A program made the translations under genes and the position numbers. A stretch of 63,504 nucleotides of DNA, counting the filler, from Hyphochytrium catenoides (lineage: Eukaryota; Protista; Hyphochytriomycota), in NCBI GenBank assembly GCA_900088475.1. It is 10 parts of 10 records of this genome, joined end to end, with 100 filler letters (N's around TTAATTAATTAA, not from the genome) between each part and the next. Parts side by side here need not be neighbours in the genome. Positions count along the whole stretch, not along the records: positions 35,087 to 63,504 come from FLMG01001552.1; 9 more parts are not named here. One strand, given 5' to 3'. The notes under the pieces were generated by a model that did not search any database, was not told the DNA's origin, and was given only the letters and a program-made list of their open reading frames with translations. The first letter of the stretch is position 1. Every line of letters starts with the position of its first letter. Positions 38,599 to 52,500 of the stretch are shown here, piece by piece.

Positions 38599-40319
38599 GA
38601 AGAGGCTATCACAATAAAGATGTTAACTACACGCCGCGTATCAAGAGGAATATTGGCAGGGATTCCAGTGTGGGGTACGAGTTAGGGGAAGAAAGGTTAT
38701 AACAGTTATTGTTGCGCAGACAGAATATATCATGTTGCTTACTTGTAGCCAACCTGCCCATGTAACAAGAAGAGGTTCTACACTTTTATAGAAAGCAAGA
38801 AGAGTTAAGCCCCAACAGTGACAAGGCGAGAGGGACAGCCTCCTCGTCCTTTTATCCTGACGCGTTGCGGGTACATAAGACGTTTCTTTATCTCTCCCTT
38901 CTTTTCTCTCACCCCTTTCCTTTCTCTTGCTTCTCAACCACTGTAGGTAGATTGCACAGTCAATAGAGGACTTCTTCATACCTAAGTCTGACAAGGGAGC
39001 TCCCCATAACATTCACGGGTATCTCCTTGGTTTCTTGCAAGCGGCTAGTGCTTGTTATCTGCAGCACCCCAATTGGTCCGGTGAGCAGCGCTAGACGTTA
39101 AGACCAACATTCTATACGTAGATGTTTTACGGAAGCAGTGTCGCAAGGAGGTTCTTTGGATGATGTCGGACGGGAGTCCAGCACTCGAAGTCCGTCTAGC
39201 AGCTTGTTATTAGGAAGGTGCTGCTGATCAACTCAACTTACCATCGCAGCAGCTATTGCAGCGGAGGCTGAGGAGACTCGTAGTACGAAGCAGAAGAGTA
39301 AGAAAGAGAGAGAAAGAGGGCAGTTGAAGTTGAAGACGCGGCCTCACATCACTTGGCCTATCATCTCTTCCCCTTCAGCTGAACAGCTAACCCCAACAGG
39401 GATCACCTCTACGGCCAGTCTCACACTCAATGGGGATGGAGGATCTTTCTACTCATAGGAGGTAAGACAAACTGACTCAGAAAGAAATAATACACGGGCG
39501 ATAGGTTCACTTCGAAAAGAAAGGATATAAGGATATACTACAGAGGTGAAATATATCTGGAAGGAACGAAATGTTTCCGGTCGGTTTGCCCTTCTGACGC
39601 TGTACAACAAGCTTCAGCAGGGAAGGAAACAACGCCAAAAGAAAGACTTTACGATAGCGGTTTCTATGATCTACAAACAAGGGCTAACTCATCAAGCAAC
39701 ACGACAGCGCTTGGCAGTGGCATTGCAACCTCCTCCCACTGTCCCGCGTCAGGGACATGTTCGTGTGATAGACAAGGATAGACATAGACAGCAGTACGGC
39801 CGCAAGTAGGCAGAGGACGCCACTGTTGCTTGCTACCAAGATGGAGAAGAAGACTGGGAGGATACTGGAGAGGTGATCAAGTGGGCCTGCACTACGGCTA
39901 CTTGCAAGCTTTCCTCTTAGGAGAGAGTTGAATCTCACCACGAACCCCTTTTGGTTGGATCTTCAAGCCTGCTTTGTTAACCAAACTGCTTCTGTTTATA
40001 TATTTTGGGACCAGGACTGCCTGCACAGGCTGCTAGTGATACACCATCAGCGCCCATGACGTNNNNNNNNNNNNNNNNNNNNNNNNNNNNNNNNNNNNNN
40101 NNNNNNNNNNNNNNNNNNNNNNNNNNNNNNNNNNNNNNNNNNNNNNNNNNNNNNNNNNNNNNNNNNNNNNNNNNNNNNNNCTTCTTCGGCCATCTATACT
40201 TGCATCGTCAGCGCCACTTAGTGAGACCAGCAGTGTGCCTAGAACTTGATCAGCCAATATACTCGCGGGCCCCTTCCACAACCGCACTAGATTGACTGGC
40301 CTTTCTCCTTTTTGCTTTC

Positions 40320-43300
40320 ATGGCGGACGACATCCCAGGTGCGCATCCGTAACCTGAGTTCCTGTCATCTGCTCGTAGTCACCCGTTGCCACTTAGGTTT
40401 AAGCTCCGGAAAGGCACGGCGAAGAGTGCACTCTTCTCGAAGCCCTAAGGCGGAGGCTCATGAGACCAGGTGAGGAAGTCAACCATATATATGACTTCAC
40501 CTTTCCGGACGGCGGAGTAATTATGAGATCAGCCGCGACAGTGTCTCAAGCACAAGGAGCGAGTCGGACGATACTCGATCTAGACAAAGCTCCATGTCCA
40601 GCGACGATGGTGACCCGCCTACACAACGCGATTCTGGCAAGGAACGCACTGCCCATAGACGCAAACGGAGGTAACTGGTCGAACAGAGGTGTTGATGTCA
40701 TCACTCTTCTTGGTATTCATGTTCATCACCCTCTAGGTCCAGAGGCCGAACCCATGGGCCACCAGGTCTCACAGGCTGGAAGACGGGGCTTACGATCTTA
40801 ATGACGGTGGCATTTGTCGGCTTTGGTCTCACTTTGCTAGCAGATATGATGACAAATGACCCAGTAAGCCTCTCGCCTTTTGAGTTTCCTCCAGGCTCTC
40901 AACCTACTCACATCTTTCGACAGCAATTGGAGAACCTCTCCCTTGTGCTGCATATACTATCTTCCGTATTGCTGTTCGCAGCAATTCCGCTGACACATTT
41001 TAGCGGCTCGCAGCACCACAGAGACTGGAAGGTGTACCAGCCTTTCAAGGGTGGACCCGGGTATGGAGTCCTTCTTATTGCGTTTGCGTAAATAGACCAT
41101 GATGCTGACCTAGCCGCTGTTCAGGTTTATCTTGTTGCAGGCCTTGAGCTGGATGTTTTACTCATTGGCAGTTCTTCTATCTGTCGCTACCCTCTCGAGT
41201 TGGTATGGCATGTTTACCAAGGCCTTTGGGTTGATCACGTCTTGGGGCGTAATGGGCTTGATTTCTCAGGTGCCTATGTAGTCCAGGCTCAGAAAGGGAC
41301 ATTGGGTACTGATGCTTTCGCCACTAGGTCTTTATGGTGACGTCAATTTTGACGTATGAGTCACCGAAGCTCCTCCGGCGAGCCTCGAAGATAGGACATG
41401 CCGTCCAGCATGGTACGGCTCACATCTCAATCCGGGAAAGTCGTGGTAAACTAACAAAAGCGTCTGTGATTTGCTATAGGTGTGGAGGGCTTTCTTTCCA
41501 TGAACGTTGGACTTGCTGTGTGCGGCGTCTTTCTGGCCGTATTGTCAGAAGCTATGGTGACCCGGCATCCGATCTTCGCCATTGTGTCAGGTAAAGCTCT
41601 CACTTCCTAGGTGCTGCGCGCCTACGGAAATATCTTGTTGCTGTGGATCTCACTAATGCTTCCCTGTTCATTGTGCAGGAGTAACGGCCATCGCGTTCTT
41701 TGCCATCTCCATTTTCACAACGTACGGGGTCGGCGGTAGGATTGTACATAGGAAATGGACGTTTTACCAGCCCTTTGTGGGCGGTGCTAAATTTGTACTG
41801 CTACAGGTAACTTCTGCATTCGTTCTCCTTGGAGTAAGGCACGAGACTCAATTGCTTACGACTACTGCAGGTCTTCACCTGGATCATGTTTGCCGTCAGC
41901 ATACTGATGCAGTTTGTCTTCATCGTGGCCACGTATGCGTTCGGTATGATAACCCAGAATGCCGGAAGACCACATCAACCTTATCTTACATCCCGTTCCT
42001 GTGTAATTATAGGGTTTGAAGTATTTGTGGGCATCACGGCCGTTGCAGGAGGGGCTTGTCTGCTGGCAGAGATATTGATGGTGCTATCATTGTCCTTTTA
42101 TAAAGCCGACTCCGTGGAGCGAACGCGCAGCTGGCTCTCCCGCAGTGTGGGGTCCATGCATGCACTGTTGTTAGTGACAGCATGTACGTCAGCGTCATGC
42201 TCTTTCGTAAATGGAGACTCAAAAACTAACCTGATGTCTTTGCCTACAAAATCCCCTGCCGCTGCTCATCAAACAGTCGTCAACCTACAGTTCATTCCCT
42301 TCCTTGTCATTTGGCTGCCTTTCGTACTGCTGCTACCTCCTGTGGACGCGTTACGTTGCTATTTCACAACTTGCATTAGCATCTCTTCGTTCATCATAGC
42401 ATCGGCCTTGCTTAATCACGTGGTCAGTGCCCATAGAGCGAGAAGCATTATTTGGTGAGAAACAAGTGTACCTGGTATAATCTCACCTGCATGGGTACTT
42501 CTTTTCTCTATTGGACAGAGAGCCCGAAGCACTACAGATACAAGGAAGGCGGATTGGGGCTGGCTCCAATATCTCGGGCTCATGCTGGCTACGAACAGGT
42601 GGGCAAGGCGTCATTGTGCTTGTCCTCTCTCGCACAGGCCTAACGCGCGTCACATCCCTATAGTGCCCCAATTTTAGTGGGAGCGCTTTTATTGGACAAC
42701 TTGCAGGCTAGAGCGACGCTGGCAACTTCTACTATGCTCTATCACATCTACATCTTCACCACCTTCAAGGGGAATCCCTCCGAAACAGGAATTCGGCGGG
42801 ATGTTAGGATTCAGGAGAAATCCTTTATCTTCGACGAGATCTGCACTTACTTTGGCGGTAGGAAGCAACCTTCGTTCACCAAAGGTTCTTGTTCCTTCCG
42901 AGAGCTAACGCTTCTCAGGCAGGGTGATTAGAACCGAACCCCTGGACCCTTCGAAGACCTATGTGATGGGCTTTCATCCTCATGGAGTAGTGCCCGTCAC
43001 GCTCATCTGGCTTCCCTTTACAAGGCAGTGGAAGGAGCTCTTCCCAAATCTTATCATTAGTCCCTTGACAGCCTCTGTGCTCCACTACGTAAGTGTGCTG
43101 TTGAGAGGAGGTCTACCCTGATTTGCTGAATGGATTCACCCTTGTTTGCAGATCCCCCTGCTCCGAGACGTCTTACAGAAGTTTGGCTCACGAGAAGTCA
43201 CACGAGACGCCATTAAGCATTGCCTCTCCCAAGAGCAGACGGTTCTGTTGGTCCCAGGTAGAGCTGATATGAGAGAAGACTTTCATGTGCCTTGGCGTCA

Positions 43301-43938
43301 CCCTAATCAATGTGGGTGGTATGTTGGCGCTGCCACTCTCTCTAGGTGGCCAAGCAGAGATGATTCTGTCTCAGTCCAAGAGTAAACAGCTCAAACTGTA
43401 CACGTCACACAAAGGTTTCATACGCCAAGCGCTGCACAATGGGGCTGCAGTTGTCCCAATATTATCATTTGGCGAGACGGAGACGTTAGACAACATTCCA
43501 GCCAGCAAGTGTCAGCGGTACATTAGCTAATCATGCCTATATTCCGGCCAGGTTGTTCGGCCATGACTTAAGATGGCAGCAACTAACCCTGATTGACAGG
43601 TGGTTTATTCGCCGATTCGGTTTACCTGTCCCACACTATCCTTACGGGCGGCTTTTCTTACCCATTCCGCGACGAACGCCCATTACGGTTGTGGTTGGAC
43701 GACCAATTGACATGAAATCCAAGAAAGATGTCACTCCCGAAGACATCGATGTACGTCTCAACTGGCCTAGCAAAGGGCAGATGAAGAGAACTGACCAATC
43801 CTTTTTTGAATTACCGCTTTTTTAATGGTCATACAGGAGGTTCATGCGCTCTATTGGGCACATATTAAGGAGCTATTTGAAGCTCACAAGGCAGACGCAG
43901 GATTCCCAGATCTGGAGCTCGTGCTGGTTGGGCACTGA
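40320..43938 (+). CDS. DGAT2: DGAT2/MGAT-family acyltransferase with large multi-pass N-terminal extension, many short introns
   Basis: YFG, LDPSKTYVMGFHPHG, IPLLRD, LLVPG|GQAEM, HKGFIRQALHNGAAVVPILSFGE, PIPRRTPITVVVGRPI, VHALYWAHIKELFEAHK; ATG 40320, TGA ends 43938. Confidence 0.92.
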
Positions 43939-43987
43939 GGTCTGAGGTGGTACCGGAGGGCAAGCCAATAGGTTTTCTTCTAACTTT

Positions 43988-46359
43988 CTATTTATTGAAA
44001 GATGACAAAGCTTCCAAACGCTGCCGTAGCTGAGATGTTTCTGGGTACTGGTCCCAGACCGCCGCGACCCTGCTTCTCGCTGATTTTACCCTGTCCGGCA
44101 CATTTCTCTTGAACGCTACCTCCAGTTGCTGTTATAAAGAGTGCACAAAGTGAGCAAGAAGACGGTAGATTACCTCCATAAATTATACCTGCCAATTACT
44201 GGGATGATACATTGCCATGAAGCGCAATGTCACCAAATCTTTCCACTTTGCTAGCTGAGAGAGCCAGACATCCTCTGCCCGGTTACATTTGCCTTTGCAG
44301 AAAAAATGTTATCATACGTAGCAATGCTGTGACTATATTTCGCCAGCGGTACCTTCTAGAGCTGCAGCAGCCGTTTCTTGGAGTTCATCGTAGTCATCAG
44401 ACAGATCCAAAGAACAGCATAGTGATTGATAGAAGTGACAGCCAAAAGGTGGCAGGTCAGAGTTCCAGGTTAGTAGTGCTGAACGAACTTCTGTTGGAAG
44501 AGTGTCAGGCACTTCCTCCCCGCCGGGCAGATCACCCTTAATTTCATAGGAATGCGCGGTGGGGCTCAATGTTGCAGTCCCTAACATTGAGCATTAGGAC
44601 TCAGAGATTTGAAGGCCAAACACAGGGATAGGGGCCCCACCGATTGAGGCATTCCGTAGCTTGGCTGTCAATAAGAGGATATCGCGGTCCGTAGAGTGCT
44701 GCAATAAATCGATCGCTGAGAGTCCTGCCTGTCGTCCCATTAGAAACTTTTCACTTGTAGCATAGTCCATGTACGAGATTGCCGTACCTTGTTTTGCTGC
44801 CAAGGGTCAGCATTTGTTCCCTCAAAGCTATCAACAAGCAACTCCACCATCTTGGCGGTCACTCTTGGGTTGCCACAGAGTCTATGGAAGGCGGTGGAGC
44901 CAATCTGCCGATCCGTTTCATTGAGACAGATAGCAGGTAAAGCCTCAGAGTGGAACCGGTATTACTTACATCATCCAAGATATGAGGTCCTGCGCCTTTG
45001 CTCATGAAAAGTGCAAGACACTCCAAGGACACTTGCTCTGATTCGCAAAAATAGTGCAGAGGTGTCGCTTCGAACTGTAGACAAAGGATGGGTTAAACGC
45101 TTCCCCAGAACAAAGGCAGCACCAGCAGCAAAAGAAGTGGCGGTGCGCCGGCAGGAGAATAACAAGTGTCACCACACCGAAAGCTCCCCAACGACGCCCA
45201 CCTTGTTCTTTGCATTTGGATTGGACTCTGCACTTAGCAGGACCTGCAGCAGTCGTAGGCTGGCAGAAGAGTTCAAACATGCGTAGTGTAGAGCAGTGTT
45301 ACCGTCCTATCGCGTCAGAGATAGGAACTTCATAAGTGGGACACGGCACAGAAACATGCAAAGAAGAGAAGATTACCTTGTCTGCCCTGTTCACGGCATC
45401 TTTACCTTGACGATGGCGGATCAGAAGCTGAACTATTGAAGCGCTGACATGCGGGTTCTCGCAAATTAAATGAATTGGGGTCTTTTGGTTGTTCTGTACC
45501 CAAATTGAGGGGAAGGGAGAACAACATGAGGCGTGCTGGCGAGGAATATCATTAGGACGAATGTCGCACCTGAGTAGATCTACTCGGATCGGCCCCCGCG
45601 TCGAGACAGATCCCAACGAGCTCTTCTGTGACGGAGGGGTTCTGACAAAGGATGTGAAGCGGAGTAGCCCCAGTCTGCTGTGGTCGTTAGGCTAGCTGCA
45701 CTAGGAAACAATTCTCTGATGAGAGTGCCAAACCTCGTCTACTGCGCCAAGATCGGCTCCAGCCTTCAACAACAGCTTCAAGCTCTCAACGTGCACATGT
45801 ACTTCGCGATTATGGCATAAATAGTGTAGTGGAGTCCAACCATCCTGCCTTATTAGGTCAGAGTGATCGAGGCTCACGGCAGAGAAGAGAGGAACACCTA
45901 CGAGCTTCTCTCGAACATCTGTTACTGATCTCGTCAGCTCCCCCTCCAGTGCTCGAGGATTGCAGTCACCTTGCAGCAAAGCCCAGATCTGGCTCACCAA
46001 AGGTCAGAGTAGAAAAGGGTACTGTCACGTGTTTGGTCTCCCTTGTGGTCCTGGTAAAGCTGCGCACTACTTTACCTTACTCTCGGGTTGCCTGGCGCTT
46101 GAGCTCCCAGCGGCGCTAAAAGGAATCATATTCTTCCCTTGACCTTCGTTGAATGGCTCTTCAAAGCTTCCAAAGCTTCACTCCATCGACAGACATTGAC
46201 CTTACGCTTGTTCACGAAGATTCTGTTGGTCCTGTTGGTGCCGTGTCCCAAGCTAATGGAGTGAGGAAGTGGTATCTTTCTTGCGTTGGATCCATCAGCA
46301 GCTGCTGCTTCTGCGCCTTGCTCGGACAGTTCCGATCTTTCCGTTTCTGGTTTGGTCAT
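43988..46359 (-). CDS. Ankyrin-repeat protein (~6 repeats) with unrecognised C-terminal domain
   Basis: DGWTPLHYLCHN..LLLKAGADLGAVDE, QKTPIHLICEN, TALHYACLN..NPNAKNK, EATPLHYFCES, GSTAFHRLCGN, GLSAIDLL; last exon ..LEALSSFNK* ends 43988; 5' end uncertain. Confidence 0.88.
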
Positions 46360-47149
46360 AGGCACGAACTGCTATATTCGATACAAGTACAAATTCTTTG
46401 ACCAACACATGCATACTGTAGAGTCATAGAGAGAGTCCGTCCCTTGCTCAAGGGTAGAAAATACGAAAATACCACTTCGGCCTCCCCATTATTATGATGG
46501 GCTGGGTTTAGAGGCCACGGCATACTAATTTCGCCCTGTGTCAAATAAGACTGTTGTTTGACGCTGTCTCGTGGGACAAGCAGCAACATTCATAGACCCG
46601 ATTGTTCTTGGCTGTGTGAATCAACAGCGATATTTCACATCAGACGAGACAATTCTCCTCCCTTCCTGACCGTTATAACTAGTCCGGCAAACATGCTGTC
46701 GCTTGAGTTCCCGCCACTGCCCGCCTTTCCCTCCAAAACCCATCCTCACAAACAGTTCTTCGGTTAGCGCGGCCCTGCTTGTTGCTCCTTCTTCTGCCGC
46801 GCCCTTTAGCCCCAGTCTCACACGCAGATTTTCAAAACATGCGTTGGCCGTTGAAGAAGAGCCTGTGTGTGACCTAGGCGAAGCCTCTGCAAGGAAAGCG
46901 CGTGTCTAACAGATCCAGCTTCCAAGACAACTAGGAGTGATAATTTGTAACGTTGCTATGTTTGCCCTCAGATAGTCTAATCGGGTGACCGGACTCAACC
47001 GTGGATGCGGATACCAGAATTCGTCCGAAGACTTCAACCTTATGAGAGCTGCGAGATCTTCAGTCTGGAAGCAATCCTAAGACATCAGCTTTTAAGAGCT
47101 GGGGCTACCTTGAAGGCCAGGGCATTCTCGACGCCTAGCAGTCGGACAT

Positions 47150-49209
47150 ATGGAGCGATACCTCATAGAGGACTCCGTGCGGAATCAAGGAACTTTCATC
47201 CAGGGACTGGGTGATGTTGGCGAGAAGGATTACCAGGCGCCTTCAAAGACCCACACCGCAGCTTCAACTTGCAGCACTAACACTTCAGAACGGTCCTTTT
47301 GCCATCGCAGGCTTATGTTCTGCCCTGAGACCGAAACCGTCTATGGTCACTCTCCCTTAAAGGCTTTTTCTGGTCAGCAAATTCCGGTACCGAGTCCACC
47401 GCCGATCAGACGTGCCCAGAGAATGCGAAGTCTCCGGACGCGTGCGTTAGAAGTTAGGTCAAAGCGTGCCGGTGCCTCACCTCGTTCGAAGTCATCATCG
47501 TCGTCTTCGGAAGAGGTCACAAGCCAAACATCGTTTCCACATTCCCCGCTGGCGCTCCATCCAGCATCGGCACATTCAAAAGTTCAGGAGCAGTCCCTAG
47601 GGAGATTGTCTCCAAGAGGTATCCGAAGCCAGACTACTATTTATCTGTCCGTTCTTCTGAATATAGCCATGTCTCGCGGCACCTGCAGGAGAACTTATAA
47701 AACGTCAGGAGGAGAAAATTCCAGTCGAAGAAGGTGCTCAGATTGAGCCAAGCGTTATGCAGCAGTCTGCATCTATCTGTGGAAGTCCTCGCGGCCCTGA
47801 TCGAACTGTTTGGTCGAAATCGGCCACCAAAGGAGGAGCGATAATGTCAAAGTCTGCTTCTAAGGGCCGCAGAATGCTGGCACTGCATGAGACTCGAGAA
47901 ATAGATACATTGAAACGGCTTCTCATGGAGGAGAAGCACAGAAGGCGGAAGATTGAGAAAGAGCAAAAGGTAGATGAGCTTTGGAAGACCATTCCTTAGG
48001 GCTGGGAGTCTCACTTCCCGTTTTCTCCGCAGGACTTTATCACAGAGGCGTCTGCAGAGATTGCCAGGCTTTTTGAAACGATTGAAGCTTACTTTCTCGA
48101 GAGCATGGAAGGACATTGCCGTTTATTACTTAAAGAGTTTGAGGGAAGAGTCAAGAGTCACCGCGGGCGCCTAGAGAGGCTCATAACAACGGGTAGGCTA
48201 CGCACTGAGCCGTAACTCTTCGCTTCCCTCTTGTCTAACCCGTCGAACTTTCTTTGCTAGCTTATGCCACGGGGGAGCACAGAGAGCGTTGCAACCCGTT
48301 TGAGAATCGACTTGACATGATTCACTTCCCTAGATTTGAAGACTCCTTGCAGAGCCGACAGGGCGAGAGCCGACAGGGTGCGAGCCAAAGTAGTCCGCAG
48401 ACTAGTCACGATCTTGAAGAGTTCGAGGCAGAATGGAGGGGCAAATTGCCTGAGCTGTCTCCTCTGGATCTCAGCATTGAGACACTGTCTGCAATAAACC
48501 CTACGGACTTTCCAGCAGACACCATAGAGCAAGCCTGGTTGGCAGATGAGGAAGATGAGGTGATAGTTGAGGAGTGCAACAGACAGCGGTTTCCAGAGAG
48601 GAGATCAGTGGATCCTGCAGAAGCCTTCTTCTTAGACTCTGTGGCATTACGTGCGTTGGCCACTCCTATCAAACCCCAGAATGGTCCTCAGGTCTGAAAG
48701 ATTGAGTCGGGTGTTTACGACCGAGACGGATTATACCTGACTCCTTGCTGATATGACTTCTCTAGGGCACTCTGACACCTTCTCGTCGACTGCCGTTGTC
48801 GCCGTGTATGAGCCACAAGCAGTCGTACAGTGACAAGGAGAATAGAACTCCTGTTCGGTCTCGCTCTTTCTCAGCCCAGGGTCAAGATTTTCAGTCTCCA
48901 TCCCTCCATTTTGGAGACTACTCTCCCATTTCCTTCTCGTCTCAGGTAATAGAGTCCAAATCTGAATTGTTGGCGGTCTTATTGCTCAGGGATATTGACC
49001 TCGTTACTTTCCTCGCTGCTCAGCCTGTTGAACCTGGAAAGCATGACAACCGCAGACGGCAAAGAAAGCGACCACCGGAAGTGTCTTCCCCGATGCTTCT
49101 GCGTCCACTCTTGGAGGACTTGGCTCTCTGTGAGGCGGAAGAACCCCAATCTAATCAGGAGGAGTCCTCCTTCCTGGAATCCGTCTTGTACGCTGACGGC
49201 GATGTATAA
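47150..49209 (+). CDS. Hypothetical Ser-rich protein with central coiled coil, ~6 exons
   Basis: Segments join in frame through canonical short introns (AG|GTATCC..CTGCAG, AAG|GTAGAT..CCGCAG, G|GTAGGC..GCTAG, CAG|GTCTGA..TCTAG); start uncertain. Confidence 0.65.
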
Positions 49210-49523
49210 TAGAGAAAGAAGAATGGCTTCTTTTGTTTGTAGAGGAGGTCAATCAGTACCATTAGTATCCACTCAGACAGGGAAAGCGGTCTCAAGCCGA
49301 ATGTAGGGCTACGAAGTTCAGTGTATAATTAGGATACCGTGCTTCACGTTATATGTATATACATAGAGAAGCTCCACAAGGATAAATAATCGATCAAACT
49401 GCTGCGTCACTGTAGGTGAAAATATCTATACAGGCCACCAGAAGATGGCGAGGTTAGGTTAGTATACGGCTATGAGGGAGAACCAAATGGGAGAAGAAGC
49501 AGAAGAGAAAGGCAGGGAACTAG

Positions 49524-52500
49524 CTAGCCTAGAGTGCTTGTCGCCCTGGTACTGTTTTCCTTCGCTTGCTCTAGCACTGCTTGTGAGATGGTGTGGGCGT
49601 ACAGATTGCTCTCGATTTTCTTTATCCGCTGTGCCTCTTTCCTAGTTCGTTCCTTCGCGGCTATCGCTTTCTTTTGCTGGTCTTGAGCGAACACCTACAA
49701 GGAAATGGATTTGGTAGGATTGATGGCGAGCAGAAAGAATTAGATTGTATGCCAAAGCACGGGCCGGACATGACGTCTCTCTCTTTGCAGAATGGAAGCG
49801 ACTCACCTTTTCCTTTGTCTCTGTCTTCAACCTCTTCACCTCCTCCAATTTGCGAGCAAGCTCCTTCTGTTTGACTAGTGCTTCCTTCTGCATATTCTCC
49901 TTCCGTTGCTGCTTGGCGACTTTCTTCACTTCCTCGTACTTCTGAACCTCCTCTTTTGCATATGCTTGCCTCTTCTTAACTTCTCTTTCCGCACCAAGGA
50001 GCTGCTGCTCAAAGTGAAGCTCCTCAACTTGGCTCTTAGCTGCGCCTAAAAATCTCCTTTGATTTGCAACCCGCTGTTCTTCACGTTGTAGTGCCTAGGA
50101 GACGAGCAACCTTGAGAAAAAGGGGACCAAATGAAGTGGCTAACGTCGTCGAAGGACTGACCTCCACCTCGTCTTCCTGTTGCTTACGGTGCTCTTTGAT
50201 CTTACTGGCCACCTTGATGACGTTAGACTTCCTTATTTCTTCATGTGCTGCCTTTGCTAACTCTTCCGCGGACCGACGGCGTTCTCTAGCTTCGAGCTTT
50301 GCCTTCGTGTTTGCAGCTGTCAAAGTTAACTGCGGTAAGCTAGCAAGAACGGGAAAGCGGCGGTAGACTCAGTGAACCTAAGAAGGTAGAGCCTCACCTC
50401 TAATTCTGGCAATATTGACTATACGGTTTCTGAGGTCGTTCTCCTTATCGGCTTTGGAAGATAAGATATCCTGCCTTCTGTCTTCTTCTTGCTTGGCCTG
50501 AGCTCTTTTGTTCATGTCCAGGCGCTCCTTAAGCTCTATGAGTGACATTTCCTCCAGAAGTCCGATGCCCGAGCTTGTGGTTGGGTCGAAGACGTTCACT
50601 TGCTCTCTAGGAGCACGCTCCAGAGCCCGGATCTGGCGGATCAAATCTTCACGCCGTTCCTGCATATCGTAACTAATGTGAGGAACAGTAGGAGGCGTGT
50701 GTAGGCAATGTTCGGGATGGGTCCCTGCCAAGGGAAGAAAGGACCGTTCTCTTTAGTTGATTTACAAGTGGCCCTACCTGCTCTAGTTTATCTTCTGCCA
50801 GCTTTCTCTCCCAGTCTTCCACTTTTTTTGCTTTGAGGTCTTCAACTGCCTTCTGACGCTCTGCTAGAACTTTTTCTTCCGCAACTCGCGGAGCCACCTG
50901 CCGCTCCTGCTCGATGCGAAAGAGAAAGATTCGTAAGTCAGGCCCGTCGGGGCTCGTTAATCCTAACAGGAACGAGTCGTCCATTGACCAACCTCCTTCA
51001 ACTCCTGAGCTATCTGCCTCTTCTGTTGCTCTTCGGCCTCCTTCTCTAGCTGCAGCTGCTCTAACATCGTCTTTGACATCTCCTTCATCTGCAGCGCTAG
51101 TTCTCGGTTCTCCTCTTTAGCGCGCAAGCTGAAGCGACGGAGAGGCCGTGATTCATTCATGTAAAACGCTATGGAGGTGACCTTAACCAAGCTACGACGA
51201 CGAGCGTTTACCTTGCTTCTAATGCCAGCTGTTGCGTCATCGCCATCTCGACCCTCCGGCGTTCTACCTCTGAAAGCTTGGAGAGTTCGTCTCTCTCCCT
51301 CATTTCCGTTTGCCACCGGTAGTAGTCGGTAGAGTCTCTTAAATCTGCCTCGTAAGACTGACGCAGATGAGCAGACCCCACGTAGAGAAGGAAGCGGAGG
51401 GTGGATCAATGAACTTGCTTTACGGTCTCCTGCACGTAACATTTCACACCTTGAGAATCTTGGTCTCCTGTTCCTGTTTCTTCTTGAAAAGAGCATCTTC
51501 TCGGAGAATGGCCGCAGCGTTCATCTTTATGGGAGCTGGCGCATCGAAAGTAGGCGGCTACAGAAGAACGGATAGGCACCAAGCACCTAATCAGGAACGC
51601 AGGGAGGGAGCGCAGGAAGTAGGGGAAGCCCACTTACTGCTTTGGCCTTAAACTTAAACTTTAGCTCCTTTAACCTCTCTGATTCTACCTCGGCCTTGAC
51701 AATGTCGAGCGTCGAACGGGTCGGATGGAGCTTGAATTCTGCCTCCGGAGAGTCGTATTTCTTAAAAGTCTATGGACCCGTGGACGTTTGATGCGGTCAA
51801 CAGAGTTAACAAGCCGTCGGAAGAAGAAAAAAAAAGGTGAACGGTAGTACCTCTTCTTTCACCTTCGCTCTCCGCTTCTCATCAGCCTCCTCTATATCTT
51901 GCAGCGTCAGACGATTAAAGTTTGGAGGCTGGGAGAAGACAATTGTTAAGAAAGAGCAGTTCGTTGGGAGGAACGAAGAAATTTGTGCAAGGAAACAGAT
52001 GGCTAACAGTCTGTATAATCTAAGCGCTTTCAGATAGCACTCACGGGCTCCACTTTGATCTCCTGCGGGATGCGTATGGGCTCAGGGATTTTCATCGGCT
52101 TGGGCTTCGTTAAGTTCGGTGCCACAGGTTGGGTGAGTACCTGCCAGCAGCAAAGCAATATGCTCAACAGCGGAACACAAGGCATCCGCGGGTGGTCTGT
52201 CACTGACCTTCTTGGTCTTCTGGGGGGTAGAGTGAGAGCTCCCGCCAACCGTAACGCCAAAAGCTAGCTTTTGCAGTGAGCGAAGCAGCTTGTCCATATC
52301 ATCTGAGATTGAGACTAAAGTGCCAATGATGGTCTCCTAATATCAAGAGAACAAGGTGCAGCAGTTACGAGGGATAATGGGTTAGGGATAGCCATGCGGT
52401 AAGGAGAGAAGCGGTAGAGTTCAGCTCACATCTATAAACTGAGGGTCCAATATCTGAATCCATTCCGCTCTAAGTTGACCTCGCAACTTGTCCATGTTGT

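Noticed and set aside
42440-42530. Apparent in-frame TGA in DGAT2 suggesting selenocysteine or readthrough
   Set aside because: An upstream phase-0 donor (GTG|GTCAGT) joins the next exon in frame without a stop.
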